32,000 bases of DNA from an uncultured archaeon (GCA_964648855.1 CAZYLT010000004.1:1-32000); one strand, 5' to 3'; shown: positions 17,882 to 26,839, numbered from the stretch's first letter. Program-made: numbers and translations. The notes: generated from the sequence alone by a model not told the origin.

Positions 17882-18664
17882 CTATTGTGGGATGCCATTT
17901 GTTCTGATTTGATGCGAGAGACGTTTTAACTCGTCATCATTCCTCCAGATAGCAGTCTGCTGAAGGGCTTTAGCCACTGACTGTATGAAAGCAGTTTCCT
18001 GCTTCTTTGTCCGATTGAAACCACTGAGCAAGAGATACTTCTCGAAGAGTCTCCATGCTAGCTTGCGTTTTCTGATATCAAAAATTGGATTTGTATCAAG
18101 AAGACTTGCTGCTGCACCGCCAATATCAACTATCCACTCTCCGGATTGAACTTCTTCAAAGTCAACGCCATATATTGTAGAATTATCCTTGACAATGAAA
18201 TTTCGTAGTCTTGAATCCCCCTTGATGAGATTGTGGATGCTATGGAACCGGTGGTACCAAGATGCTAATTTGTCGATATCTTCAGTACTGTATGTTTCGT
18301 GTATTCTTTCAATGAGAGGGGGCCCAGGAATATATTCCATCAAAATTATCCTAGGAACTGTGGTAAGAATCCTTGGTACCGTGAGGCCATTTGCGATACT
18401 TTCTTCCAAAATCCTCTGTTCGATAGCGTATCCATCTTGGATAAAGAGCTTTGCAACGACATGAGAGAAAGTATCTTCCCCCACATCGACAATAAGATCA
18501 AGAGTGACATTCTTCTTGCTTTGTATCCTTGTTGCAGACTTAATTTTCATCTTAGGCCCATAGTATTCCAAGAGGAGTTCTTCGAAACTGGAAACCACCG
18601 TAGGTTCTAATCTTCTTCCATCTATGCCTGCAATAACAATGTCAAACTCCTGAAGGATGTTCAT
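17882..18664 (-). CDS. Protein-kinase-like phosphotransferase (APH/RIO/Bud32-like fold)
   Basis: VAK, helix-C Glu, VPRI, MEYIPG, KGDSRLRN catalytic loop, VDFE. Confidence 0.85.
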   Translation of the reverse strand: MNILQEFDIVIAGIDGRRLEPTVVSSFEELLLEYYGPKMKIKSATRIQSKKNVTLDLIVDVGEDTFSHVVAKLFIQDGYAIEQRILEESIANGLTVPRILTTVPRIILMEYIPGPPLIERIHETYSTEDIDKLASWYHRFHSIHNLIKGDSRLRNFIVKDNSTIYGVDFEEVQSGEWIVDIGGAAASLLDTNPIFDIRKRKLAWRLFEKYLLLSGFNRTKKQETAFIQSVAKALQQTAIWRNDDELKRLSHQIRTNGIPQ

Positions 18665-18755
18665 TTCAAGGGTACATTATACCTGACTGCTATTAGCCTG
18701 CCGACTGCACCATAGAGATTTTATTGGTTCAATTAAGAAACAGGCTGGACTGAAG

Positions 18756-18974
18756 ATGACTGATAGAATATGCAATGTCGAAAAGAACAAGGAAAGATGC
18801 GGTTGTACTTATCCGGGATGTCCTCGAAAAGGGTATTGTTGTGATTGCCTGCAATACCACTGGAAACATCGGGAATTGCCGGGGTGTTTATTTCCGCCGG
18901 AGGCAGAAAAGACTTTCGATCGGTCTCTTGAGTACTTCTTGGAAGTCTGGAATGAAAAACTCGGTAAATCATAA
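18756..18974 (+). CDS. Small Cys-rich protein (DUF6485-like)
   Basis: CGCTYPGCPRKGYCCDCLQYH...LPGCLFP...DRS pattern. Confidence 0.85.
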   Translation: MTDRICNVEKNKERCGCTYPGCPRKGYCCDCLQYHWKHRELPGCLFPPEAEKTFDRSLEYFLEVWNEKLGKS

Positions 18975-18986
18975 GGGGTTATGAAG

Positions 18987-19096
18987 TGGCGGGCGCGCCA
19001 GGATTCGAACCTGGGATGCCCAGCTCCGAAGGCTGGTGCCTTATACGTACCTCCTGCAGAGTAGACTGCGAGGAGTCCATACTAGACTACGCGCCC
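18987..19096 (-). tRNA. tRNA-Arg(UCG) with a 32-nt non-canonical D-loop intron (19045-19076), CCA encoded
   Basis: Removing the insert gives a 78-nt cloverleaf (GGGCGCG/CGCGCCC; CCAGC-CTTCGGA-GCTGG). The junctions form a BHB: central helix GUAU/GUAC, bulges GGA and GUA. Confidence 0.95.
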
Positions 19097-19215
19097 TAGG
19101 TATGGAATCAAGGAACGGTTCTTAAGCACTTCTGTATTGACCACAGATTGCCTCTCATCGGGGTTGCCTTAAGGTTATAAAAGAAAACCAATGTGAGTAG
19201 AATCAAAAAAGAACC

Positions 19216-19334
19216 GCGGGAGTTGCCAAGACAGGCCAAAGGCGGCGGACTTAAGATCAGATGAAAAATGGGGTCATCAATGAGAGATCCGCTCTCGTAG
19301 GAGTCCGAGGGTTCAAATCCCTCCTCCCGCACCA
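19216..19334 (+). tRNA. tRNA-Leu(UAA) with a 31-nt intron at 37/38 (19256-19286), CCA encoded
   Basis: GCGGGAG/CTCCCGC acceptor, long variable arm, BHB helix CUUA/UGAG with AGA bulges. Confidence 0.95.
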
Positions 19335-19396
19335 TTCTTTTTCGACCAATGCGGTAATTTTATGGGTACTTTGCTGAGCAGAAGGATTGCTTAAAA

Positions 19397-20710
19397 ATGG
19401 GATATCATAACTTAGAATTTCCGGAGAATTTTCTTTGGGGAAGTGCGGCTGCAGCTCACCAAACAGAGGGCGGAAATTTCAATAACTGGAGTGAATGGGA
19501 AAGGATTCCTGGCAAAATCATCGACGGTAGTGATTCCAGTATTGCCTGTGACCACTATAACAGATATGAAGAGGATTTCGATCTGGCCCAGGAACTGGGA
19601 CACCAAGTGCACCGATTTTCAATTGCATGGAGTAGGATTGAACCAGAGCGGAGCAAGTGGGATGAAGGCGAGATTGACCATTATAGATCGGTTCTCCAGG
19701 CGCTTGTTGACAGAGAGATTCAGCCCGTGGTAACATTACACCATTTTACAGAACCGGTCTGGTTCAGAGATTTGGGTTCTTGGTTAAATCCAAATTCTCC
19801 TGAGATTTTCGCGCCATATTGTAGAAAGATAGCTGAAGCGTTCTCTGATTTTGACATCATATGGAACACTATTAACGAGCCTATGGTAGTAACGACAATG
19901 GGCTATGTGTTTGGCGAATTCCCCCCTGAAGAGAAGGACTTCGGAAAGGGACTGACTGTTGCAAAACATCTGCTAATGGCACATGGACAGGCCGCAACAC
20001 AAGTCAGACAAGCCTATGATGAAGTTGGGAAAGAACAACCACAGATTGCCCCCGTTATCAGTGTTTCGCACTTCATGCCAGCCGACCCCGAAAATGAGGA
20101 CGACCTGGAGTTAGTAGAGTATCTAGATGAGATATACAATCATGTTTGGATCAGAGGGGCTATTGATGGAATCCTTCCGGAACCTGCAGGTGACGGAAGC
20201 AGATATCCACCGCTTGATGATTCAGTAGATTTCATAGGTCTGAATTACTATAGCAGAATGGTTGTATCGTCTGAGCTTGATTTCATGGCTGGTGAAATGC
20301 CACCAAAAGACCCCGAACTGGAACGATGTGAAGGCCTAGATTGGGAAGTATATCCAGAGGGATATTATCAGGTATTACGATCATTTGGGGATAAGTATGG
20401 CAGGCCTATCTTTCTAACAGAGAACGGGATAGGGACGAGTGATGATAATGTTCGCCAACGCTATATCATCAACCACCTTCAAGAGGTTCATCGTGCGATC
20501 CAGGATGGAGTCGAGATACTAGGATATCTTGTCTGGTCGCTCACGGACAATTTTGAATGGGCACAGGGGTTCAGTAGTCATTTTGGTCTCGTTGAGATTG
20601 ATTATGATACTTTGGAGAGGAAACCAAAAGAGAGTGCGTATATGTTTAGAGAAATCATAGAGGAAAATGCACTAACGAAGGAAATCCAAGAGAAGTATCT
20701 GCGGGATTAA
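19397..20710 (+). CDS. Glycoside hydrolase family 1 (beta-glucosidase/galactosidase)
   Basis: FLWGSAAAAHQTEG, RFSIAWSRIEP, TINEP (acid/base), TENG (nucleophile), DNFEW. Confidence 0.97.
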   Translation: MGYHNLEFPENFLWGSAAAAHQTEGGNFNNWSEWERIPGKIIDGSDSSIACDHYNRYEEDFDLAQELGHQVHRFSIAWSRIEPERSKWDEGEIDHYRSVLQALVDREIQPVVTLHHFTEPVWFRDLGSWLNPNSPEIFAPYCRKIAEAFSDFDIIWNTINEPMVVTTMGYVFGEFPPEEKDFGKGLTVAKHLLMAHGQAATQVRQAYDEVGKEQPQIAPVISVSHFMPADPENEDDLELVEYLDEIYNHVWIRGAIDGILPEPAGDGSRYPPLDDSVDFIGLNYYSRMVVSSELDFMAGEMPPKDPELERCEGLDWEVYPEGYYQVLRSFGDKYGRPIFLTENGIGTSDDNVRQRYIINHLQEVHRAIQDGVEILGYLVWSLTDNFEWAQGFSSHFGLVEIDYDTLERKPKESAYMFREIIEENALTKEIQEKYLRD

Positions 20711-20717
20711 GATAGAA

Positions 20718-21281
20718 ATGAGTCTTGACGTACTATTCTCTGCAACGGGACTTATTGTTCTCATGGAAATAGGCGACAAGACCATGCTAACTACCATGTG
20801 CCTTAGTGCCCAATACAGGAAACCATGGTTTGTTCTGATGGCATCACTTTCTGCATTAGCTGCTTCTTCCATTATTGCAATATTGTTGGCCGCCCTCCTA
20901 GCAACGGCATTGCCTCTCAATATAATAATCTACATCTCAGGCTTCTTATTTATCGGGCTTGGTGTGTATTCCTTTCTAGGTTTGGACAATGAACAAGAAC
21001 AGAGCTGTGAAAATCGGGGAACAGTATTCAGTATGTTTACACTAATCCTGTTTTCGGAGCTGGGGGATAAGAGTCAGCTGGCAATTCTTGCACTAGCAGT
21101 GCAGTCAGTATTCCCAATCATGGTGCTTTTAGGAGCTATTGTAGGGTTTATCGTAGTCAATGCAATCGGGGTTGTAGTTGGTGATAAAATATCGGCAAAA
21201 TTGCCAATGAGAGGAATTAGAATAAGCACAGGTATCCTTTTCATAGTATTCGGTATTTTCATTCTATTTGGAATTCTATAG
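20718..21281 (+). CDS. TMEM165/GDT1 (UPF0016) Mn2+/Ca2+ transporter
   Basis: Two E-x-G-D-K-[TS] motifs (EIGDKT, ELGDKS) and about 6 TMs. Confidence 0.93.
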   Translation: MSLDVLFSATGLIVLMEIGDKTMLTTMCLSAQYRKPWFVLMASLSALAASSIIAILLAALLATALPLNIIIYISGFLFIGLGVYSFLGLDNEQEQSCENRGTVFSMFTLILFSELGDKSQLAILALAVQSVFPIMVLLGAIVGFIVVNAIGVVVGDKISAKLPMRGIRISTGILFIVFGIFILFGIL

Positions 21282-21342
21282 AAATACGAAGGTTTTATTC
21301 TGATGATTAGCACCTCGAAAATGAGTGGAAGGTGTTGATATA

Positions 21343-22698
21343 ATGAGCTTGGAAGACTCTGGCTACAAAGGCACTCTCTTGAAGAAGCTTGCATCTGCAG
21401 GCATTAAGATGGGTGATAGAGTGCGATTCAGAGATGGTGAAAAGGAAATTGAAGGGATAATAATGCCCCGTAGTCAGATAGGAGCTGATTCACATCATTT
21501 GGTTCTCAAACTAGATAGTGGATACAATTTAGGTCTAAGAGTGAATGAAAACACAACTCTACAGAGGCTCAAGCGCAATGAGATGAAATCTGTTTCACCT
21601 GATGCGGATATTCTAGAAAGTGAGGACTCCAGTCTTCCACATGTTTCAATTCTCAGTACAGGAGGAACTATAGCCAGCAAAGTCGACTATCTTACAGGAG
21701 CTGTAAATCCCGCCCTTACAGCTGAAGACCTCTACGAGTCTGTTCCCGAATTAAGGGAGTATGCGCGGATTGATGCGAGAGTACTGCTTAGCGAGTTATC
21801 AGAGAATATAGAGCCAAAACATTGGTCGAAAATTGCCCGTGCGGTTGCAAAGGAAATTCGAAAGGGAGTGGATGGCGTCGTTGTTGCTCATGGGACAGAT
21901 ACATTGGGCCTAACATCGGCAGCTCTGTCCTTTGCTCTTCAGAACCTTCCTGTACCGTTGGCGTTAGTTGGCGCGCAGCGTTCCTCAGATCGACCGTCTT
22001 CAGATGCCTCGATGAATCTTATTGGTGCAGTAGAACTTGTGGGAAGGTCTGATATTGCGGAAGTTTTAGTGGTAATGCATGGCGAAACGGATGACTCCTA
22101 TGTTTATGCGCACAGAGGAACCAGAGTTCGAAAACTACATACGAGTAGGCGAGATGCATTCAGGACAGTGAATGATTATCCTATTCTGAAAGGGGAGGGA
22201 AAGAATATTGTTGAGATAAGTGCCCCTCTCTTACGTCGCAATTCTAAGAGAAAACTACAAGTGAAACCGAGGTTTGAGGAGAGAGTTGGTCTGGTCAAAA
22301 CATATCCGGGCATATCTGCGGATATTGTAGACCATCTTGTCGATAGAAATTATCGGGGAATAATCATAGAAGGTTCAGGTCTGGGGCACGCACCCACTCG
22401 GATTAATGGCGCCATTGAGCGTGCAATCGAATCTGGATTGGTAGTAGCAATGACTAGTCAGTGTATTTTCGGTCGGGTTGATATGAATGTGTACCGATCC
22501 GGGGTGGAGCTTCTGGATCTCGGTGTTATTCCGTGTGAAGATATGCTCCCTGAAACGGCTCTTGTGAAATTGATGTGGCTGCTAGCTAATCGCAAGGATT
22601 TGGATCAGGTCAAATCTGACTTGACAAAGCCGATGACAGGAGAGATAGAAATGAGGACCGAATATGCAGAATACTTTGATAGACAAGAGGTGGAATGA
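21343..22698 (+). CDS. gatD: Glu-tRNA(Gln) amidotransferase subunit D
   Basis: KLDSGYNLG N-domain, TGGTIAS, HGTDT, QRSSDRPSSD; adjacent to gatE. Confidence 0.97.
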   Translation: MSLEDSGYKGTLLKKLASAGIKMGDRVRFRDGEKEIEGIIMPRSQIGADSHHLVLKLDSGYNLGLRVNENTTLQRLKRNEMKSVSPDADILESEDSSLPHVSILSTGGTIASKVDYLTGAVNPALTAEDLYESVPELREYARIDARVLLSELSENIEPKHWSKIARAVAKEIRKGVDGVVVAHGTDTLGLTSAALSFALQNLPVPLALVGAQRSSDRPSSDASMNLIGAVELVGRSDIAEVLVVMHGETDDSYVYAHRGTRVRKLHTSRRDAFRTVNDYPILKGEGKNIVEISAPLLRRNSKRKLQVKPRFEERVGLVKTYPGISADIVDHLVDRNYRGIIIEGSGLGHAPTRINGAIERAIESGLVVAMTSQCIFGRVDMNVYRSGVELLDLGVIPCEDMLPETALVKLMWLLANRKDLDQVKSDLTKPMTGEIEMRTEYAEYFDRQEVE

Positions 22699-22699
22699 A

Positions 22700-24616
22700 G
22701 TGGCACCCAGCCTGGATTATGATGAATTGGGTTTGATGGTTGGTTTGGAACTTCATCAGCAGTTAGATACTGAGAGAAAGTTATACTGTCACTGCCGCAC
22801 TGTGATTCGAGATGATCAACCACATGGAAGGTTCACCAGACGACTCCGTCCGACCCAAAGTGAGATGGGACAGGTAGACCCGGCTGCATTGTTTGAATTT
22901 CAGCGGAACAAGAGATTCTGTTACGAATTCTATAATGATACAACCTGTCTAGTAGAAGCAGATGAAGAGCCCCCACACAGCATTGATGAGGAATCCATAG
23001 ATATCTGTCTCACAATGGCGAGCTTTTTGGAATCAACGCCTGTTGACGAAATTCATCCGATGAGAAAGATAGTAATTGATGGAAGTAACACGACCGGATT
23101 TCAGAGAACATGTATTATTGCAAGAGGTGGAAAGATTCGAGTTGGAAAGAAAGGAATAGGCATACAGACTATTTGTCTTGAAGAAGACGCTGCAAGGAAA
23201 ATCGCTGATGATGCGAGAGAGAATGTTACGACATATAGATTGGATAGACTGGGAATTCCATTGATAGAGGTTGCAACGGCACCCGATATCAATACGCCTA
23301 GAGAGGCAGAAGACGTTGCATTGGCCTTGGGTATTTTGCTGCGGTCCACAGGGAAAGTAAAACGAGGGCTGGGAACCATACGTCAGGATGTGAATGTATC
23401 AATTGAAGGAGGGGGTATAATTGAGATAAAGGGGTTGCAGCAGCTTGCATTGCTATCAACAGTTGTGGAGCTAGAGGCAATACGACAAAAGAATCTCCTG
23501 CAAATACAAAAGGAATTAGAGAAGCGAAATGTGACAATTGAAGCAATAGAAGACCAAATCTATGACGTGACGGACATATTTGATAAATCCGATTCGAAGG
23601 TTATCAAAAGTGCTATGGAAAAAGGCGGTCGAGTCAAAGCTGTAAAGCTTCCTGCATTTGCAGAATTGGTAGGAAAAGAGATACAGCCCAACCGAAGACT
23701 AGGAAGTGAGCTATCCGACTATGCGAACTTTTGGGGTGACGTCGGAGGAATATTCCATACAGATGAGCTTCCCAAATATGGAATCACACAACGTAATGTT
23801 GACGAAGTCAGGAAATCGGTTTCAGCAGATGGCAATGACGCAGTCATAATTGTCGCTGCCCCTGAAAAGAACTGCAATGATGCGCTTAGGGCGGTCTTGG
23901 ACCGTGCACGAGAAACAATTCTCGGAGTTCCAGCTGAAACACGCACCCCTCTTTCTGATGGCACAACCAAATACGCTAGACCTCGACCGGGTGCAGAGAG
24001 AATGTATCCAGAAACTGATGTGAGAGCTGTTGTTATCGACAAAGAACGTATCAGAAAAATAGAGAAGAACCTGCCCGAAAAATTGGAGGAGAGGAGAACC
24101 CGTTTTATTCGACAGCATGGGTTAAGTGAAGAGCTGGCTGGTCAGATCACCAGATCATTGAATATTGATTTGTACGAAGAGATCGTTGATGTTGTTGATA
24201 TCTCTCCCACACTTGTAGCAGTTACACTAGAGAATACTATGGTCAGTCTCAACAGGGATGATGTGCCTACGGAAAACATTCCAGAAAACCAGATTGTCGC
24301 CATTTTTGAAGAGGTCTCATCAGGTGATATATCTCCGGAGGCAATTCCTGACATGTTGACTTTTTTTGCCAATAATCCGGAGGCAAGCTTCGAAGAGGCG
24401 CTATCGAAAACGGGATTGGAAAAAATTGAGGAAGAACAGGTTTCTGGTTATATCAGGAACTTGGTGAAGGAACGGAAGGACTTTGTCGAGAGGGAGGGAA
24501 GGCGGGCAATAGGCGGCCTCATGGGAGTTGCTATGAAAGAGCTTCATGGAAAGGCAGATGGAAAACGGGTAAGAGAATTACTCATGGAAGAAATCCGGAA
24601 GTTAACATCTGACTGA
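22700..24616 (+). CDS. gatE: Glu-tRNA(Gln) amidotransferase subunit E
   Basis: GLELHQQL, DEEPPH, RKIVIDGSNTTGFQRT, RGLGTIRQD, RMYPETD; GTG at 22700 with GAGGTG SD. Confidence 0.97.
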   Translation: MAPSLDYDELGLMVGLELHQQLDTERKLYCHCRTVIRDDQPHGRFTRRLRPTQSEMGQVDPAALFEFQRNKRFCYEFYNDTTCLVEADEEPPHSIDEESIDICLTMASFLESTPVDEIHPMRKIVIDGSNTTGFQRTCIIARGGKIRVGKKGIGIQTICLEEDAARKIADDARENVTTYRLDRLGIPLIEVATAPDINTPREAEDVALALGILLRSTGKVKRGLGTIRQDVNVSIEGGGIIEIKGLQQLALLSTVVELEAIRQKNLLQIQKELEKRNVTIEAIEDQIYDVTDIFDKSDSKVIKSAMEKGGRVKAVKLPAFAELVGKEIQPNRRLGSELSDYANFWGDVGGIFHTDELPKYGITQRNVDEVRKSVSADGNDAVIIVAAPEKNCNDALRAVLDRARETILGVPAETRTPLSDGTTKYARPRPGAERMYPETDVRAVVIDKERIRKIEKNLPEKLEERRTRFIRQHGLSEELAGQITRSLNIDLYEEIVDVVDISPTLVAVTLENTMVSLNRDDVPTENIPENQIVAIFEEVSSGDISPEAIPDMLTFFANNPEASFEEALSKTGLEKIEEEQVSGYIRNLVKERKDFVEREGRRAIGGLMGVAMKELHGKADGKRVRELLMEEIRKLTSD

Positions 24617-24655
24617 GTATTGTAGTGTGAAGCGTAACTTTAATAGAGAAATCAA

Positions 24656-24700
24656 GCGGTGGGCACCGATGAGAGGGCTTTGCTCCTTTCTGACTAACGC
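24656..24700 (+). ncRNA. Candidate kink-turn (box C/D-like) hairpin in the tRNA-Met leader
   Basis: CGATGA ... CTGA with an internal stem GAGAGGG/TCCTTTC, lying between TTTAATA (24639-24645) and the tRNA. Confidence 0.3.
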
Positions 24701-24702
24701 GT

Positions 24703-24836
24703 GCCGCAGTGGCCTAGCCTGGTTAGGGCGCGAGACTCATAATCTGTCCATAATGGACTAATAATGGGGTCATACGTCTCGGGCCTCGAGATGAGACATC
24801 TCGAAGTCGAGGGCTCGAATCCCTCCTGCGGCACCA
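24703..24836 (+). tRNA. Elongator tRNA-Met(CAU) with a 56-nt intron at 37/38 (24742-24797), CCA encoded
   Basis: GCCGCAG/CTGCGGC acceptor (G1, so not the initiator); BHB CUCA/UGAG with bulges UAA and ACA and outer helix UCU/AGA. Confidence 0.94.
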
Positions 24837-24975
24837 AACTGTCGTTCGTTGCAAAGTCATTGACGCGTGTGCAGACACATTTTTGAGTGGATGTAGGTTA
24901 GAGTGATTGTGGATAGGTTATGTTGTGAACTAACCATCCTCTAGTATTGGAAATAGGACTTTGTGGTGAAAAGAG

Positions 24976-26190
24976 ATGAGTTTGCCCTTCAAGACATTGG
25001 ACGACGTGGAGTATGCAGGCAAGAAAATCCTCATGCGAGCTGACATGAATTGTTCTGTCAATTCCGAAACAAAGGAGATCACTGACAGCTCTAGGATAGA
25101 GGCGATCCTTCCGACGCTTGAGGATTTGTCCAAGAGTGGTGTTGCATTGATGGCACACCAGGGGAGGCCTGGGAGTGATGATTTCATTTCATTGCAGCCA
25201 CATACAGAGATTCTGCAGGATTTGGAAGTAAACGCCAGTTTTGTTGATGATATCTTCGGTGAGAAGGCCAAGTCAGCAATAAAAAACTTGGACATAGGAG
25301 AAGTCCTTGTTCTTCAAAATGTCAGGTATTTTGATGGTGAATTAAAGAAGGCGCCAGTTGAGGAAGTAGCCAAAGAACCGTTGGTACAAGAGCTATATCC
25401 TCTGTTTGATCTATTTGTAAATGACGCATTTGGCGCGGCTCATAGATCACAGGCATCTCTGGTAGGATTCACGCCGTATCTCCCATCAGTGGCAGGGAGA
25501 CTTATGGAAAAAGAAATCCGCACACTGAGCAAGGCTGTTGACACAGAGAAGCACCCTTGGACTCTTGTGTTGGGTGGCGCAAAAGTAGAAGATAAAGTAA
25601 AGACATTAGAGAAACTGCTGAAGACAGGAAGAGTCGACCATGCCTTGCTTGGTGGTCTTGTAGCCACTGCTCTATTGGTTTCAAGTGGAAAAATAGCCAA
25701 GGAATACTCCAAGCCTATTGGCAGTTTTGATTCAATCAGTGATTCTGCTAAGACATTGTTAGAGGAGTATGCGGACATTATCGTGCTTCCAACTGATGCA
25801 GCTGTCGAGAGAGATGAGTCTCGTGTAGATTCCTCGTTTGATGAAATGAATGAAGATCCATTCTATGATATTGGCAAAGAAACAATGAAGGTGTTCGAAG
25901 ATATCATAGGAAAGTCTGCCGTTGTATTTGCGAACGGACCTATGGGGCTCTTTGAAAAGGAACCGTTTGCCTTGGGAACGGAGAAGGTTCTTCGTGCGAT
26001 TGCAGCCATTGATGGCGTTACGGTTGTGGGTGGTGGGCATCTTGGAGCCATGGCCAGAGAGATGGAATTAGAGAGGCAGGTGTCCCATATAAGCACCGGC
26101 GGTGGATCCACTATAAATTTCCTCACCGGAAAGAAACTTGAAGTAGTTCAAGCCTTGGAGAAGGCTGCAGAACGCATGGACACGAGATGA
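24976..26190 (+). CDS. pgk: Phosphoglycerate kinase
   Basis: RADMN, AHQGRPG, NVRY, NDAFGAAHRS, LGGAKV, NGPMG, GGGH, STGGG. Confidence 0.97.
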   Translation: MSLPFKTLDDVEYAGKKILMRADMNCSVNSETKEITDSSRIEAILPTLEDLSKSGVALMAHQGRPGSDDFISLQPHTEILQDLEVNASFVDDIFGEKAKSAIKNLDIGEVLVLQNVRYFDGELKKAPVEEVAKEPLVQELYPLFDLFVNDAFGAAHRSQASLVGFTPYLPSVAGRLMEKEIRTLSKAVDTEKHPWTLVLGGAKVEDKVKTLEKLLKTGRVDHALLGGLVATALLVSSGKIAKEYSKPIGSFDSISDSAKTLLEEYADIIVLPTDAAVERDESRVDSSFDEMNEDPFYDIGKETMKVFEDIIGKSAVVFANGPMGLFEKEPFALGTEKVLRAIAAIDGVTVVGGGHLGAMAREMELERQVSHISTGGGSTINFLTGKKLEVVQALEKAAERMDTR

Positions 26191-26254
26191 CTACACATCA
26201 TCAAAGTCAATCTTTATCTATGTCGCGAACAAGAAAGAGATAGAGGTAAGCCAC

Positions 26255-26839
26255 TTGCCTAGCTGTGAGCTTTGCGGCAGACAGATGAAGGGACGAGGAC
26301 GAGACATCACAATAGACGGTGTCGAGATGAATGTCTGCCCACAATGCGCATCCAAGTTTGGTGGAAATGCAAAGGAAAAGGAAACGATAAGTAGAGCCCC
26401 CTCATCGGGCCGTCGACCTGCTTGGTCAGGTCGGTCTTCATACCCGCGTTCCTCACCCCAAAAATCATCAGGTACGAGCCAACGAAGTAGTCCAACAAGG
26501 AAGTCCACTAAACGCAGGGGTGGACCACATCTAGATGAAATGGTCCTGATAAAAGACTATGCGGACACTATTCGTTCAGCCAGACAAAGGAAAGGACTAA
26601 ATCAGGAGGAACTGGCACAGGCCATCGGAGAGCGGATTACTACTCTGCAGTCAATTGAAGCTGGAAAACTGAAACCAACTCAAAAGGTGATTCGAGGGCT
26701 GGAGCGAGAATTGGGAATTTCATTATTGGAGGCTATTGGAACGGTTCCTCTCAAGAAACTAAGAGGAAAGAAAGCAGGTGGCCCCACACTTGGTGATGTT
26801 GTGAAAGTAAAAAGAAAGAAGTCACAGAAGAGTGATTGA
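26255..26839 (+). CDS. mbf1: Archaeal multiprotein bridging factor 1 (Zn ribbon + HTH)
   Basis: CELCG...VCPQC, HTH (LNQEELAQAIGE...IEAGKLKP), TLGD C-terminal motif; TTG start after GAGGT. Confidence 0.93.
   Translation: MPSCELCGRQMKGRGRDITIDGVEMNVCPQCASKFGGNAKEKETISRAPSSGRRPAWSGRSSYPRSSPQKSSGTSQRSSPTRKSTKRRGGPHLDEMVLIKDYADTIRSARQRKGLNQEELAQAIGERITTLQSIEAGKLKPTQKVIRGLERELGISLLEAIGTVPLKKLRGKKAGGPTLGDVVKVKRKKSQKSD

Noticed and set aside
19108-19335. 75-aa minus-strand ORF
   Set aside because: Antisense shadow of tRNA-Leu.
24656-24700. Eukaryote-like SECIS after gatE
   Set aside because: The stem is too short, there is no apical AA motif, and gatE has no internal TGA.
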